Below, one piece after another: positions 52,574-64,000 of a DNA stretch of 64,000 nucleotides (its first letter is position 1; every line of letters starts with the position of its first letter). The stretch lies in contig NMRA01000488.1 of the NCBI GenBank assembly GCA_002633005.1, forward strand, positions 222,194 through 286,193. Direction: 5' to 3'. Both the position numbers and the translations under genes were made by a program. The notes beneath the pieces are model-generated. The model was not told where the DNA came from and made no database searches. It saw only the letters and a list, made by a program, of their open reading frames with translations. This DNA comes from Phoronis australis. Lineage: Eukaryota > Animalia > Phoronida.

Positions 52574-55225
52574 AGCTGGAGAGACTAGGTGCTCGGTGTT
52601 ACTTATAAAATGTGATGGCAGATAGCTTTCTTTATCGGTTTATGGTGCACCATTTCTGCTATGACAGACCATTGGTGACTAAAATGAGAATTGCCTTTTT
52701 GGGGCTTTCTGGATATTTTTGAAATTGTGGAAAACTTACAACTACCTACTTTACCGATTTGATCAGGGTTAGACATGTATGTAAAATAAAATAGTAACCT
52801 GTATTTAATATGTGAACCAGATTTGGTGTATAAGATGTCTTTAAGTCAATTAGTCAGTGGTTTTTCGACAGTGCTAAGCATTAATCTTGAAAGGAACAGG
52901 TTTGACAATTGTCTGTACATAGCGTAACGATAGCACTATGCATAATGAATGATGAATATTAGCACTCGGTATATTAAATGATATTGATAGCACTCTTTGG
53001 ATAGGGCCATAGGTGATGTAGGTCTGCAGATGTGTTCTTAAATTCTCAGTCTGCTTCTGTCATTAAGTCTTATGAGAGTTGCTGCAAGGTAGTGAAATGT
53101 CATTGTTGTGGTAATTTATTGCCAATTTTTTTTACCTGACGGGGTGCTGTGAATTTTGATAACCTGTTTCTTCTCTGTTTTCAGTGAAGAAAACTGGTTT
53201 TAAAAACATGGAACCACTGTCTTAGCTCTACTACAAGACTTGTGTAATTTTAGTTTGTATTCAAAATTTAAATTCAGGAAATGTGTCGGCCGATCATGCG
53301 CACTCCAATTAAAGCCCGTAATTGCCACAGCCAAGCTTGCACCAGCATGGGTCAGTAGCAATAATAATTTTTTAGTCCAGTGATATAGGTTGCGTGACAA
53401 CTGGCGTCTTTTAACGTGTAACAATTGGGCGAGCACCAAGGGATTCATTCATTCTGTACTGGACCTGTAATTGTGTAGTATTTTTAAACATTGTGAGCAT
53501 TCACAAGCCTGCAGAAATTAATGAAAATTTAAAGTAATGGTGAAAAAAATGCACTGGTCTTGAAAATATTTTGTTCCATAGGTATTAAATTATTAGAAAA
53601 TGTTTGTAAATAAAACATTCCGTTGGCGCTGTATATAGTCGCTGCTTGTCTCACGATTTATAGTTCATAATCTTGCACACAGTTGTGTTAAGTTTACTAT
53701 CGGGGCTTTTCAATGCCCACAATGGCTGTTTTAAAGTAATTTGAAATGTCAGTTAGCCTAAATATGTGGGATGCCCTCATGTTGATTTCTTTAGTTTTGC
53801 TTTGGTTTCAGGGAATTCCACTTCTTCAATGAAAGTAAAAGATAATTATTCCACTCACAAATGTTGAGTACAGGGAGAATTCTATTTCAAGTTGAATGTT
53901 CTTAGTTTTTGTGCAATGGTTTGTATGTGGTGAATGTAAATTATGTTGTATATGTGATAATAAATAGAATGCTCGTATAACACTAATATTGGTATAATCA
54001 AATGTGTTGCCATCAGCACAGACTGCATAGACATAGATTGTCCGTTGCTTTTTACCTGTGACCAGCATAAGTGACAACAGTTGTCACCTGATAATTGACC
54101 CACAAGCTCCACTCCCTTGAGCAATGTCGACAAACATTTTAATAAGTTTTACAGGGCAAGGTGTTGTTTGTTGGGTAAAAAGACAGCTTGGAAACGAAGG
54201 TGTGTCAAGAATGCTGCGTTGTGATTGGTCAGTTAAGCCATCACATAAAATCCTGATGATGGGTCAATTACTGAATCAGGCGGTGTCGAATGGTAACTAA
54301 AGGAGTTGCCAGTCAGCACAGCTAAGTTATATCGTGCTCAGACACGTGGCATTATTGTTGATCTATGTCCATTAAATTCATAATAGTGATGCGCACTGTT
54401 GACGAGTCTGGTTTAAGGATCGATTGCAGTTTTTATCAAAAGACGAAATGTTGCTCAGTGGCACAAAGATACAGCTAAACATTGTAAGGTGGCCTGCGAA
54501 GTTGTACACAAATTACAAGTACAGGACATTTCCTTGTCAAGTTCTTGATAGCATACTATGTGCTTGCAGGATAATTGCAGATTAATTTTAAATGCATACT
54601 TATTAAAGTAGCATTTCTCCTTGTTTGGTTGGTTAAGAATCTAAAATTGAATTCCCCTTTTACCCTTATAAAATTGGTCTCTCAATAGAGCTTACTGTGA
54701 CTACTTTTGCTCACAAAAAACATCAAAACCAACGGCAACTCAGCAAAATGCTAAAGGGTTTATTGATTAGCGAACCCAGTAGCAAGATAGAATCCTACCA
54801 CTGAAGAATATAGCAGGACCAGTTTTATGAGAATAATAGGACTAATTCAATTTTCATTTTAACAACCATTACAGGGCAAAATGGAGATTTAAAAAGTTTG
54901 AATCGGAAAAATAAAGCGAAACAATTGTGTAGATGTAATGTTAATGTATTGGAAGTTCTATTCACAATTACAGAGCACAATACATCTCACAATGTCGTTT
55001 GTAAATGCAGACTTTGTACTCGACTAACATCCATTTTCCAGACAGTATTTACATATAGTTGAAATATTCGGCAACATGCCTTCAGCAATGTCCAAGTCTA
55101 GCACAAGAGGCTACACTCATTTCTCACTATCTTCCCACACATCGGCAGCAAAATGATACTTGGGATGACAGCCTGTATCATACAGTTCCACCAACAATGT
55201 CCAACTTAATTTTAGACTACAGTGA

Positions 55226-58200
55226 TCAGTCTGTCGTCTTGAAGTGATCTTCATCAACTGTGGAATAAATGTGACCTTCACTGCTCAGAAATTCCACGGC
55301 ATCTCTGCAATGGAAAATAGAACGTGTCATCATTAATGATGTAGACTGCCTTGGGCCAAATTTGGCTTCTTAATATCACATTTCAGAGATTGCAGAACAG
55401 GGTCTGGTCTCCAGCCCATGATTAAAACTTAAAACTGAAGATTAAATTTCTCAAATTTAAGTAAAAACTCATAACAGTAACACTATTAAACTAAATAATT
55501 CGGGTCTAATTTCCCTGTCATCAAAGACGTGCATTACCTGACTGCCTTCTCTGGTAGCCCACGCAGCTGTGAGCAGATCTGTTGTATAGTAATGCCCTGC
55601 ATCTCCTGACAACTTCGGATCAGGGCGTGCACCTGAAATTAGCAAGAAAATGATACACACTGGACATATTTCACCATAATACTTGACACACAATCATTTC
55701 CACCATCTTTAAACCATCCTTATATGCAATCAATACCACAATCAGAAACTGGCTTTACCAAAAGCACATGTCACAAGTGCATACACTACATGCCAAAAGA
55801 TAAACATTGAAACTGACCCAGAATTCCCTGTCACGACAGGGAGCAGAATACTGTCCAATTGACCTATCGCCAGGATTTTGACTGACCACTTAACTGACCA
55901 ATCAGAACACAACATTCTTGACACACCATTGTCTGCATTTCCAAGCCGCCATTTTACCTGACAAACAACACGATGTTGGTGACTTTTCACAAGGGGGCGG
56001 AGCTTACGATAGGTCAATTATGTTGGAGTGTACTTCACAAGATGACCAACTTCCCTACAACTTATTCAGCACCACCAACATTAAAAGCCGTAATTGTGAA
56101 CTACCCCTCCAACAAAAAACATTATTACTTAAAGCCCTGTCCTTAAGTTGACAGCACCGTACAGCACCAGCTTTGCAAACCAACGTTTTGCTGCTTGTTT
56201 TGGCAGGTGACCTTTCCTTTGGTTTTTTAATTTGGGTTAGTGCTACAAGCTAGACGTGATAAAACCATGGAGCAAACAAAGTCCAATGATTGCTTCACCT
56301 CCAACACCCTACTATTTACGTTAACATTTGAATTTATGACAAACAAGAAAACTTTGCCAATCCACCATGATAGTGACATACTTTTAGACCGGCAATGAAT
56401 ACTCCAAGACAAAAACAAAGATTTCCATGAGAAATATTAAGTAAAAATAGAAGAAAAATTCCCTGAAAAATATACAAACCATGGAAAAACGGAAGGAAAT
56501 AGTGAACGTTTTTTCAAGAACACTTTTGAGTATGTCTAGAACTATGAAAGATTTCTAAGTATGGACAATGTCACTATCTAACTATAAATCCATTTTGAAT
56601 AACAGGAAAACAAACAAAGCCAATGTAAACTTACCTCCATCTTCAACACAGTATAATACGAACAGATGTAAAGCAGATAAAGTACGTCCTTACCTGATCA
56701 GAGATGGAGTTTCCGCGAACCGCCGGCTCTTGTCCTGGATAACTGACTGACATATTGTTGTCACCACCAAAAGAGGGCTACAACACAGATTTTAGACAAG
56801 AATAATATCTGCTGCACTAGAATCTTTTACGCTCATTTAAGAAACAATTTTTGGACTGTGGTGGAGTGCATTTCCTATATCACAGTGCATTTACTTATCT
56901 TAATACTGAAATTTTCACGCTACTATGTCTGCAAGTCATAGTCAATACACAGAACCTAATTTGAACATAACTGTCCTTTTGGTCGCTCTGTTTATCGCAT
57001 CCGTACTCAGTACTGAGCCTTCACTTATATAGCTGCGAATCTCCTGCAAACTCCAATATTTTCCCAGAAACCTTTGCGCAAAACAAAATGGTGAAATTAA
57101 CAAAGAGGTCTGTCTACATCTTCCACACCATTACCATTTTTCTATAAACTGAACCTTGGATTTCAAAATTGCTGTAAAAAATATTAACAAGACAGAAAGA
57201 ATGCTATGATACTGCATCCAATGATGATCAGCAAATTGTTAGCTTTTCGAGTAGCAATGGTTTTCCATTTTTAAAGGGCAGTTGGCACTTGGCACAGAAT
57301 CACCTACCCTGCCTTCCAGGCGCCTTTTTAAAAACGCTCCAGTTTTCACAACTTCTAATAAATGTGTTGTTAACTCATTCATATCTTCAACAGGTTGCAT
57401 TCTGAACGCTACCAAACTCGTCTTGCCACCAAACGCTCTCACATGACCAAAAACGCGGACATATGTGTTGACTATCATCATAGGTGTCCTCTCGCTTTGG
57501 TTCTCCTGAAAAACGGAACACGCATTAAGTCCTCGTTGACTCGTCAAACACTTTTGACACAACGCAACCAATATAGTGCAGTGTATTCAGTGACTGGTCC
57601 TTTTCATGATTACATATTGGTTTGTCCACATATTATTATCAATTATAAAGAACTTAGATACAAGGAATAAGCACGTACATCAAATACCGATAACTACACA
57701 GCAGATAACAATTGAGACAAATTTATTGCTGAAAGAAAAGATACACATTGTGTACGTCAAAAAAAATAACAAGCGCTACCAAAGAAAATCATAACTATAT
57801 CATGGAGGAGAATTTATAATTGACTCTCCAGGCACAGACATTGCTTCTCGTAATATTTCAAGAAAATAAAGTCAATGAGTCCCTACATCAACTGTTTCCT
57901 CAAGAAGGAAAACACAACTTAGGATATTGGCGGTTTTTCAATAGTACCATTGTCACAAACAAAGTCTTTTAAAACTACATAATAAAACCATTAGTTGACC
58001 CTCAATGCTTTTGTGTATACAGATTAAAGCTACATTATGGTTTGTTTAGCCGGCTAACAAAATGAAAATCATTGTTCTTTTACACGATGCGGTTCTATTA
58101 ATATTATGATCATTGAAACCATCAAGACTAAAGAAAACATTTCAGAGTTTGTTGGGGAAGGGCCACTCTGAAGTTACAAATTAAACTCAAAAATGATTCA

Positions 58201-60941
58201 TGTGCAAATTAGATGTGACAAATTGGTAATGGAAGTAGAATTCTATCACAGTGAGTGATACTATGAGGTTGACTTTATGAGAGAAAGTGCCTGAATCGAT
58301 TTTCGTTATTTTAACCAGATAAACAAGGAAAATTCATCTATTAATCGTTCTGTGCATTTTAATCTACACAAACCCAAACTGTTACTTCTGATGACTGTAA
58401 CTTAACGCATGTTCCACACTATCATCAATACTTACATCATTGTCAATAAACTGCCTGACCTGCATGACCACGCCCGTCCTATCATCCAACTCATAGTCGT
58501 ACCGAGTCTCCACCTCTTTGGCAGAAACAACCCGTCCAACAACGGTTACCTGTTGATACCATAATTTAAAAAATACACACAATAAATTCAGTTTTAAAGT
58601 AAATGAAAACGAATTTATTCAACTTGATCATCCAAAAACGACAAAAACAGTTATAAAAATGGCAAGCTTATGATGTCATTAAAAGGTATGTAATCACTGC
58701 ATACATTCAACAAATATGGGCAATAAACGAATGACTAGATAAGAGTTGGGAGCTAGCAGTAATCAACAGATAAAATATTCTGCTTGACAATGATTCCGAA
58801 AGTTCATCCCATTTAATATCTAGTACTTTCATTTTAAAACAAATGACCTTAGTTTTCATAGCTATGACCCACAAATGACCTTAGTTTTCATGGCTATGAT
58901 CCACAAATGACCTTAGTTTTCATGGCTATGCCCTTTATGTTCAGTCATCCTTCTGGTACTTTTTGGTAAACATATACAAGACTGCCTTTCATTCCACCTT
59001 GCAAATTACACCCACCCAATGCTCTGCATTTTACCATAAGCGAACAAAATCTCAACTCCTCAAGCCATGCACAAAATATGATAAGATGAAATTAATTGTT
59101 TATCAATACATTAATCTCAATATGACATGGATATTATGTTGCAAACATTTTAAGTCTTGCCAGCACGCCATCTGTTATCTGTTTGCCACATCACAGACTT
59201 ATATTCATTAGGTCAAGTAATGTGGCCAGCAGATGGCGTGCTGGCAAGACTTAAAATGCTTCGAGCATGAAGTTAATTATCTTGNTGATGTCATTAAAAG
59301 GTATGTAATCACTGCATACATTCACCAAATATGGGCAATAAACGAATGACTAGATAAGAGTTGGGAGCTAGCAGTAATCAACAGATAAAATATTCTGCTT
59401 GACAATGATTCTGAAAGTTCATCCCATTTAATATCTAGTACTTTCATTTTAAAACAAATGACCTTAGTTTTCATAGCTATGACCCACAAATGACCTTAGT
59501 TTTCATGGCTATGATTCACAAATGACCTTAGTTTTCATGGCTATGCCCTTTATGTTCAGTCATCCTTCTGGTACTTTTTGGTAAACATATACAAGACTGC
59601 CTTTCATTCCACCTTGCAAATTACACCCACCCAATGCTCTGCATTTTACCATAAGCGAACAAAATCTCAACTCCTCAAGCCATGCACAAAATATGATAAG
59701 ATGAAATTAATTGTTTATCAATACATTAATCTCAATATGACATGGATATTATGTTGCAAACATTTTAAGTCTTGCCAGCACGCCATCTGTTATCTGTTTG
59801 CCACATCACAGACTTATATTCATTAGGTCAAGTAATGTGGCCAGCAGATGGCGTGCTGGCAAGACTTAAAATGCTTCGAGCATGAAGTTAATTATCTTGT
59901 AATTCAAGAATTTAAATATAATTGTTGATCTGTGCCACCTTCAATGAAGAGTCATACCTGATTGATCTCAGTTCCATGCAGCGAGAAAGTGTCTCCGTCG
60001 TTCTCTGCTGTGGTCAGCTGCGCCAGTGTGCAGGGTATAAGGTTCTGTACACGCCGTGCCTAGGGTGACAGACAAATCAAAATCATCCCTGGAAATTGTT
60101 CTCAACAGAAATGACAAGCGCAGTGGTTGATCAATTCCCCCACAAAATAACTGGAGCTTTAGACTTCTTTCAATATCACAATGGGCATCTTCAACATACC
60201 TGTGTTTGAGGTTTCTTGGCAACAGCCACTTACAGGAGTCCCAAAGTTTTAGAACCATTTTGACGCCTGTTATTTTGTGGAGAAGACTGATTCTCAAAAT
60301 ACAAGACCCTTGCAATTGACAGTTGTAGGTTTCTTAAAGTGAGATTGCACATGTACATCCCCTGAACTTCCAAACTTGTTTGGGACAGACCCTTGCATGT
60401 CTTTGGTTTCTTTTAACGTTGTCAGAAGCCCAACGTGAAGTTCTGGAGACAAAAATTAATTTTCCATCATTCTACAGTGTCCAGGGTGGGGTACATCAGC
60501 AGTATTCTTGATATGTTTCAAAGTCTGATTGATGTCATCTCTGTGAAGTGCAGAGGATCAGACATACGAGTGACTACCACAGAACATTGCAGTACAACCA
60601 TAGCACTTTGCCAACAAACTGTTATCTACCCCACCTTAGATAACTCTTTGTCTACAAGTTATAACACAGAAATTATCAGTAGTTTCATACTGATAGTGTG
60701 GGATGAAAAATTATAATAACGTATCTCTCCCATTTTTACATATTAAATCAATCACACAGTGACAGTAGTCATCTACGACAAATTCACTACACTTCCTCGC
60801 AAGGTCACTGACAAATCAAAATATGACCAGTCACACACACACAGTTAGTTTAAATGGCATGACATACCCCTTGTTTTTGAGACTGTTCACCTTGAGTAGA
60901 CACGAATCCTCCAGGGGAGCTAAATCCGCCACTAACATTGC
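55226..60941 (-). CDS. RPA2: Replication protein A 32 kDa subunit (5'-partial). Exons 60941-60868, 60059-59958, 58549-58436, 57505-57308, 56777-56694, 55632-55538, 55304-55226
   Basis: Seven phase-compatible exons give [13 protein letters not shown] (N-terminal phospho-domain); [12 protein letters not shown]...[10 protein letters not shown]...YELDDRTG...[38 protein letters not shown] (OB fold); and VHALIRSC...[26 protein letters not shown] (winged helix). The short ATG exon was not located. Confidence 0.96.
58840..58930 (+). repeat. 32-bp minisatellite, ~3 copies (also 59455-59545)
   Basis: Unit CAAATGACCTTAGTTTTCATGGCTATGATCCA. Confidence 0.9.
59146..59258. repeat. 113-bp hairpin with a perfect 29-bp stem (duplicated at 59761-59873)
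   Basis: CATTTTAAGTCTTGCCAGCACGCCATCTG / CAGATGGCGTGCTGGCAAGACTTAAAATG. Confidence 0.85.
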
Positions 60942-61058
60942 CTAAAATTAAACACACAACAGACGTTAAGAAAAACATTTTGCAAACACTAGGCACCTAC
61001 TACTGGATATGCCAAACGTGTCAAACTAGCTTCACACTATGGCATAGGCCACATTGTA

Positions 61059-61059
61059 G

Positions 61060-61097
<38 letters not shown>

Positions 61098-61099
61098 CA
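61059..61099 (+). repeat. (ATACAT)n microsatellite; related (AT)n tract at 63858-63899
   Basis: Read directly from the sequence. Confidence 0.95.
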
Positions 61100-62353
61100 C
61101 AGTGTTTCCCCTGGGTTTTGCAAGGAGCGTGGTGGTGAATGGCCAAAACGGGGTGCAAAGCCCGTTGCCGCACGCGAATATGAGAAATGGGATCCTCCTA
61201 TTAGCTGGGTTTCGAAAGGAGCGTGGTGGTGAATGCACGACGCGGATGCAGAACCCTGCACCACATGGGATGAAGTGAGATCCTCCCCTCGGGGGGGGAG
61301 GGGGGGAGTTGGGAGACCTTCCCCAGGCNAAAATTTGAAAATTAGATGTAATTGGGTGCAGTTTGCTCATCATAGACAACATAGACAAGACCTTAACGCG
61401 AACATCATGGAGGCCTAGTGGAAGTATCTGAATAAAGACCACTTCGCAAGACAATTTGGCAATGAAGACGTGTCTGGCATAGTGTGATCTCTGTCGCACT
61501 TGAGTAGAAAAAACAGTGTTAAAATTCAGTTATCCACTAAGTGACAAACAGAGAACAAAAAATATTTGAACTTTGTAGACGTAATAAACTAATTCGTGTA
61601 ACAAAACTTCCGTTGATACAGTCTTGCTAAACGTAAATCAGTGATAGTGGATTGGCGTTGGCTGGCGTAGCAGACGATGTAATAATCCAGTCTATGCAGA
61701 TGAATCTGAGACTGGTTAACATTCAATATCGTCATTTTGGCGCAGGGCTATGGTTGATTAAACAGTTGGATGTCACGCCCTGCAGTATAATTCACAATGT
61801 CTTTTGTAAACTCTGACACGATAAAATGAATGAAGCAGAAATCTTACTGTTTCTTACTTCATTTGCAAGCCCAGACGCTTTCCCATTTTAGAAAATTTGT
61901 ATTGAAGTCATTGCCTGGACCCCGGCTGTATTAAGTTTTTATGCATTGTCTGATAACCAGGCAGAAACGAGGTACGAAAGGAGATTGGGTATTGAATGAC
62001 TGTTTAACGGGGCATAATTCAAGATCCCAGTGTAAAATTATTATTTTTCCCTATCGATCCACAAACAATGAAAGGTGCCGTGTGACTTGTACTTATTCAT
62101 TATTACTAGCGATCATTTTTACTAGCAATCATTTTTACTAGCAATCATTTTTACTACCAATTCATTTTAGCGATCATTTTTACTAGCGATCATTTTTACT
62201 AGCGATCATTTTTACTAGCGATTTTTGCATGGCGGTGAAGTTTCCCCATCACGATTAGGTGTGTGGCGGTCAATTTGAGTATGATTTACAAGTGGCGGGG
62301 ACAAAAAGAAGCGTGGCGGGCCGCCCAGAAGTTTACACGCAGGGGAAACCCTG
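61100..62353. mobile_element. hAT-like non-autonomous element in a (TA/ATAC)n tract
   Basis: TIRs CAGTGTTTCCCCTGGGT / ACGCAGGGGAAACCCTG. Internal 16-bp tandem array. A second near-identical 5' end begins at 63900. Confidence 0.75.
62105..62227 (+). repeat. 16-bp tandem array (~7 copies) inside the hAT-like element
   Basis: Unit ACTAGCGATCATTTTT. Confidence 0.9.
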
Positions 62354-62784
62354 CACATATATATATAGTTTATTGGGGACAATCAAAAGCTGAGGAGGCC
62401 TGTGCAAGCGAGTACGTTTCCTGAAATTTATGTTTATGGTCCAGTTGCAAAACCATTCGCCAAGTTGGGGGAATGGACTTAGTTCTGCCATCGCTAGTGC
62501 AGCACAGAATTCGCCAATGACGAAATGGCGAGTGGGTAGCGCGAGCCTAATCTCTGCATGGGGTATAACGTCATGTTCACATTAGACTTAGAGTCTGGGA
62601 GTCACTAGAGCACTGAGCCTGGGGTTCATCGCCTGATATTCTTTGAGCGTACACCGTCACTGTGGGTAATAGTCGGATAAGTTGGTCCCATTTCAAATTC
62701 TGTCAGGAATACTTAAAAAATAAAATGAAGTGTCGCAATATACAATTACCCACTCTTATGGATCACGCGCGCCACTCTACTCAC

Positions 62785-62990
62785 ACTTTTTCGTGAAATC
62801 TACAACATTTGAGAAGATACGCGACAAATTATGTTCGCCTCCCGAGCGTTTTTCCTCGATCCAAGATGTCCGCCAATGAACTCACGTTCGCGAGAGGACC
62901 GGCGTTGTTCTCGCGAACGGGGTCACGTTCGCGAGAGAACACGTGTTGTCTTCTCGCAAACGCAAACTAACTAACGTTCGCAAGAGTCCA
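62785..62990 (-). promoter_or_regulatory. Probable CpG-rich housekeeping promoter and first exon (candidate RPA2 promoter)
   Basis: YY1-like CAAGATGTCCGCC, repeated TCTCGCGA-type motifs, and a minus-strand donor AAAGT|GTGAGT at 62785/62784. Confidence 0.45.
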
Positions 62991-63439
62991 AAAATGAACC
63001 CAATGAGAAAACGCAAAACTCCAACTTAGTTAAAAGAGATTTTTAAAAAAGGTTTTGTCGTTTCACCCGCTGATGACGTCATNCTAAATCGTGCAGAGTA
63101 CATAATATAAAACTCATTAAGTAACAAACTGACATTAACTTTACCTTGCTTTCTTTCGGTGGCCGCCAAAATTTTAACACGTCCCAGTCTCTCAATAACT
63201 TATTACCACATTTAGCGAGCTGACTAATACATGTCACGCATTTTTGATTTAAAAATAGATAAGACACTCTTACTCCTTGAAAAGAAAACCTGTCAATCCC
63301 AAGTCTCAAACAATATTTGACACGACAAATTATGAGCTGAAAATTGGTGAAGTTAGCAATGAATTAGGAGATATTTGTAAAATTTGAAAAATAATGAATT
63401 AAAACCTCGAGTTCAAATTGCATGTTTGAAACATTTTAC

Positions 63440-63857
63440 TCAAAGCACAAAAATCTTCCCAAAAAGCCCATGGGTATTAACTGCTTTGTCACATACGAGT
63501 CAATTCTAGGTAAAGTACGATACGGAATTATCCGATGAGTTACGGATAGACGGCAATTGCCGGTTCATCACGGTAGGTTACGGAAGAGTTTGGAGTTATC
63601 GATGTCGTGACTTTCCGTGACAAATCTGCAATTTCCGTGTGACAAAGTAGTTAGTATGCATGGGCTTTTAGGGAAGATTTTTGCGCTTTGACAGCGAATT
63701 TGTTGCGAACTCCGTAAATGGTATTAGAAGAAAGAACAAGTGCTCATGGTTTGTTGAACTCCTGTTTTGTGTAAATTTTTTTGAGTTTTGTCTTTCATAT
63801 GGACAGCTGAAGTGAAGCACCCATGGAATTCCTAGTCCCAAGTGTCATACCTTGTAG
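63440..63857. mobile_element. Second copy of the 46978 MITE, interrupted by a (TA)n tract plus hAT-like element
   Basis: Matches 47180-47477 (TACGGAATTATCCGATGAGTTA...GAAGAAAGAACAA.TGCTCATGGTTTG) and the reverse complement of 47010-47090. Confidence 0.75.
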
Positions 63858-63864
63858 TATACAT

Positions 63865-63899
<35 letters not shown>

Positions 63900-64000
63900 C
63901 AGTGTTTCCCATGGGTTTTGCAAGGAGCGTGGTGGTGAATGGCCAAAACGGGGTGCAAAGCCCGTTGCCGCACACGAATATGAGAAATGGGATCCCCCTA
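63900..64000 (+). mobile_element. 5' end of a second copy of the hAT-like element
   Basis: Nearly identical to 61100-61200. Confidence 0.8.

Larger units (their letters stand above)
58671..59899 (+). repeat. 614-bp direct tandem duplication (58671-59284 / 59286-59899) joined by a single N
   Basis: Copies differ at about 3 positions; N at 59285. Confidence 0.95.

Noticed and set aside
61037-61054. ATG TGG (MW) as the RPA2 start exon
   Set aside because: Runs into TAG after five codons with no GT donor.
61032-61499. ORFs with YVYVYV / HIHIHI / MYMYMY runs
   Set aside because: Translations of the (ATACAT)n microsatellite and the hAT-like element.

Overview
AT-rich, intron-containing animal (probably bilaterian invertebrate) genomic DNA from a draft assembly, with one 536-N gap and four single-N joins. 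Three spliced protein-coding genes can be rebuilt by hand. (1) A minus-strand gene spanning ~45.1 to 3.3 kb encodes an unnamed Eps15/intersectin-type endocytic adaptor: short N-terminal helical segment, two EH domains, coiled coil, DPF and NPF motifs, acidic tail. (2) ATP6V0B (V-ATPase c'' 21-kDa proteolipid) lies on the plus strand, 5' end missing at the gap. (3) RPA2 lies on the minus strand, convergent with ATP6V0B, first coding exon not found. Five exons of the EH gene occur twice because of a 7.24-kb tandem duplication joined by a single N, most likely an allelic assembly artefact; a 614-bp duplication in RPA2 has the same signature. Introns and intergenic DNA are packed with non-autonomous DNA transposons: two decayed Kolobok-like elements with THAP, transposase or KolX/P2X7-ballast-like remnants, a 1.5-kb foldback palindrome, pogo/Tigger-, Harbinger- and hAT-like MITEs (often nested), and tRNA-derived SINE heads. 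No prokaryotic systems, rRNA or CRISPR arrays were seen. Most listed ORFs are spurious.
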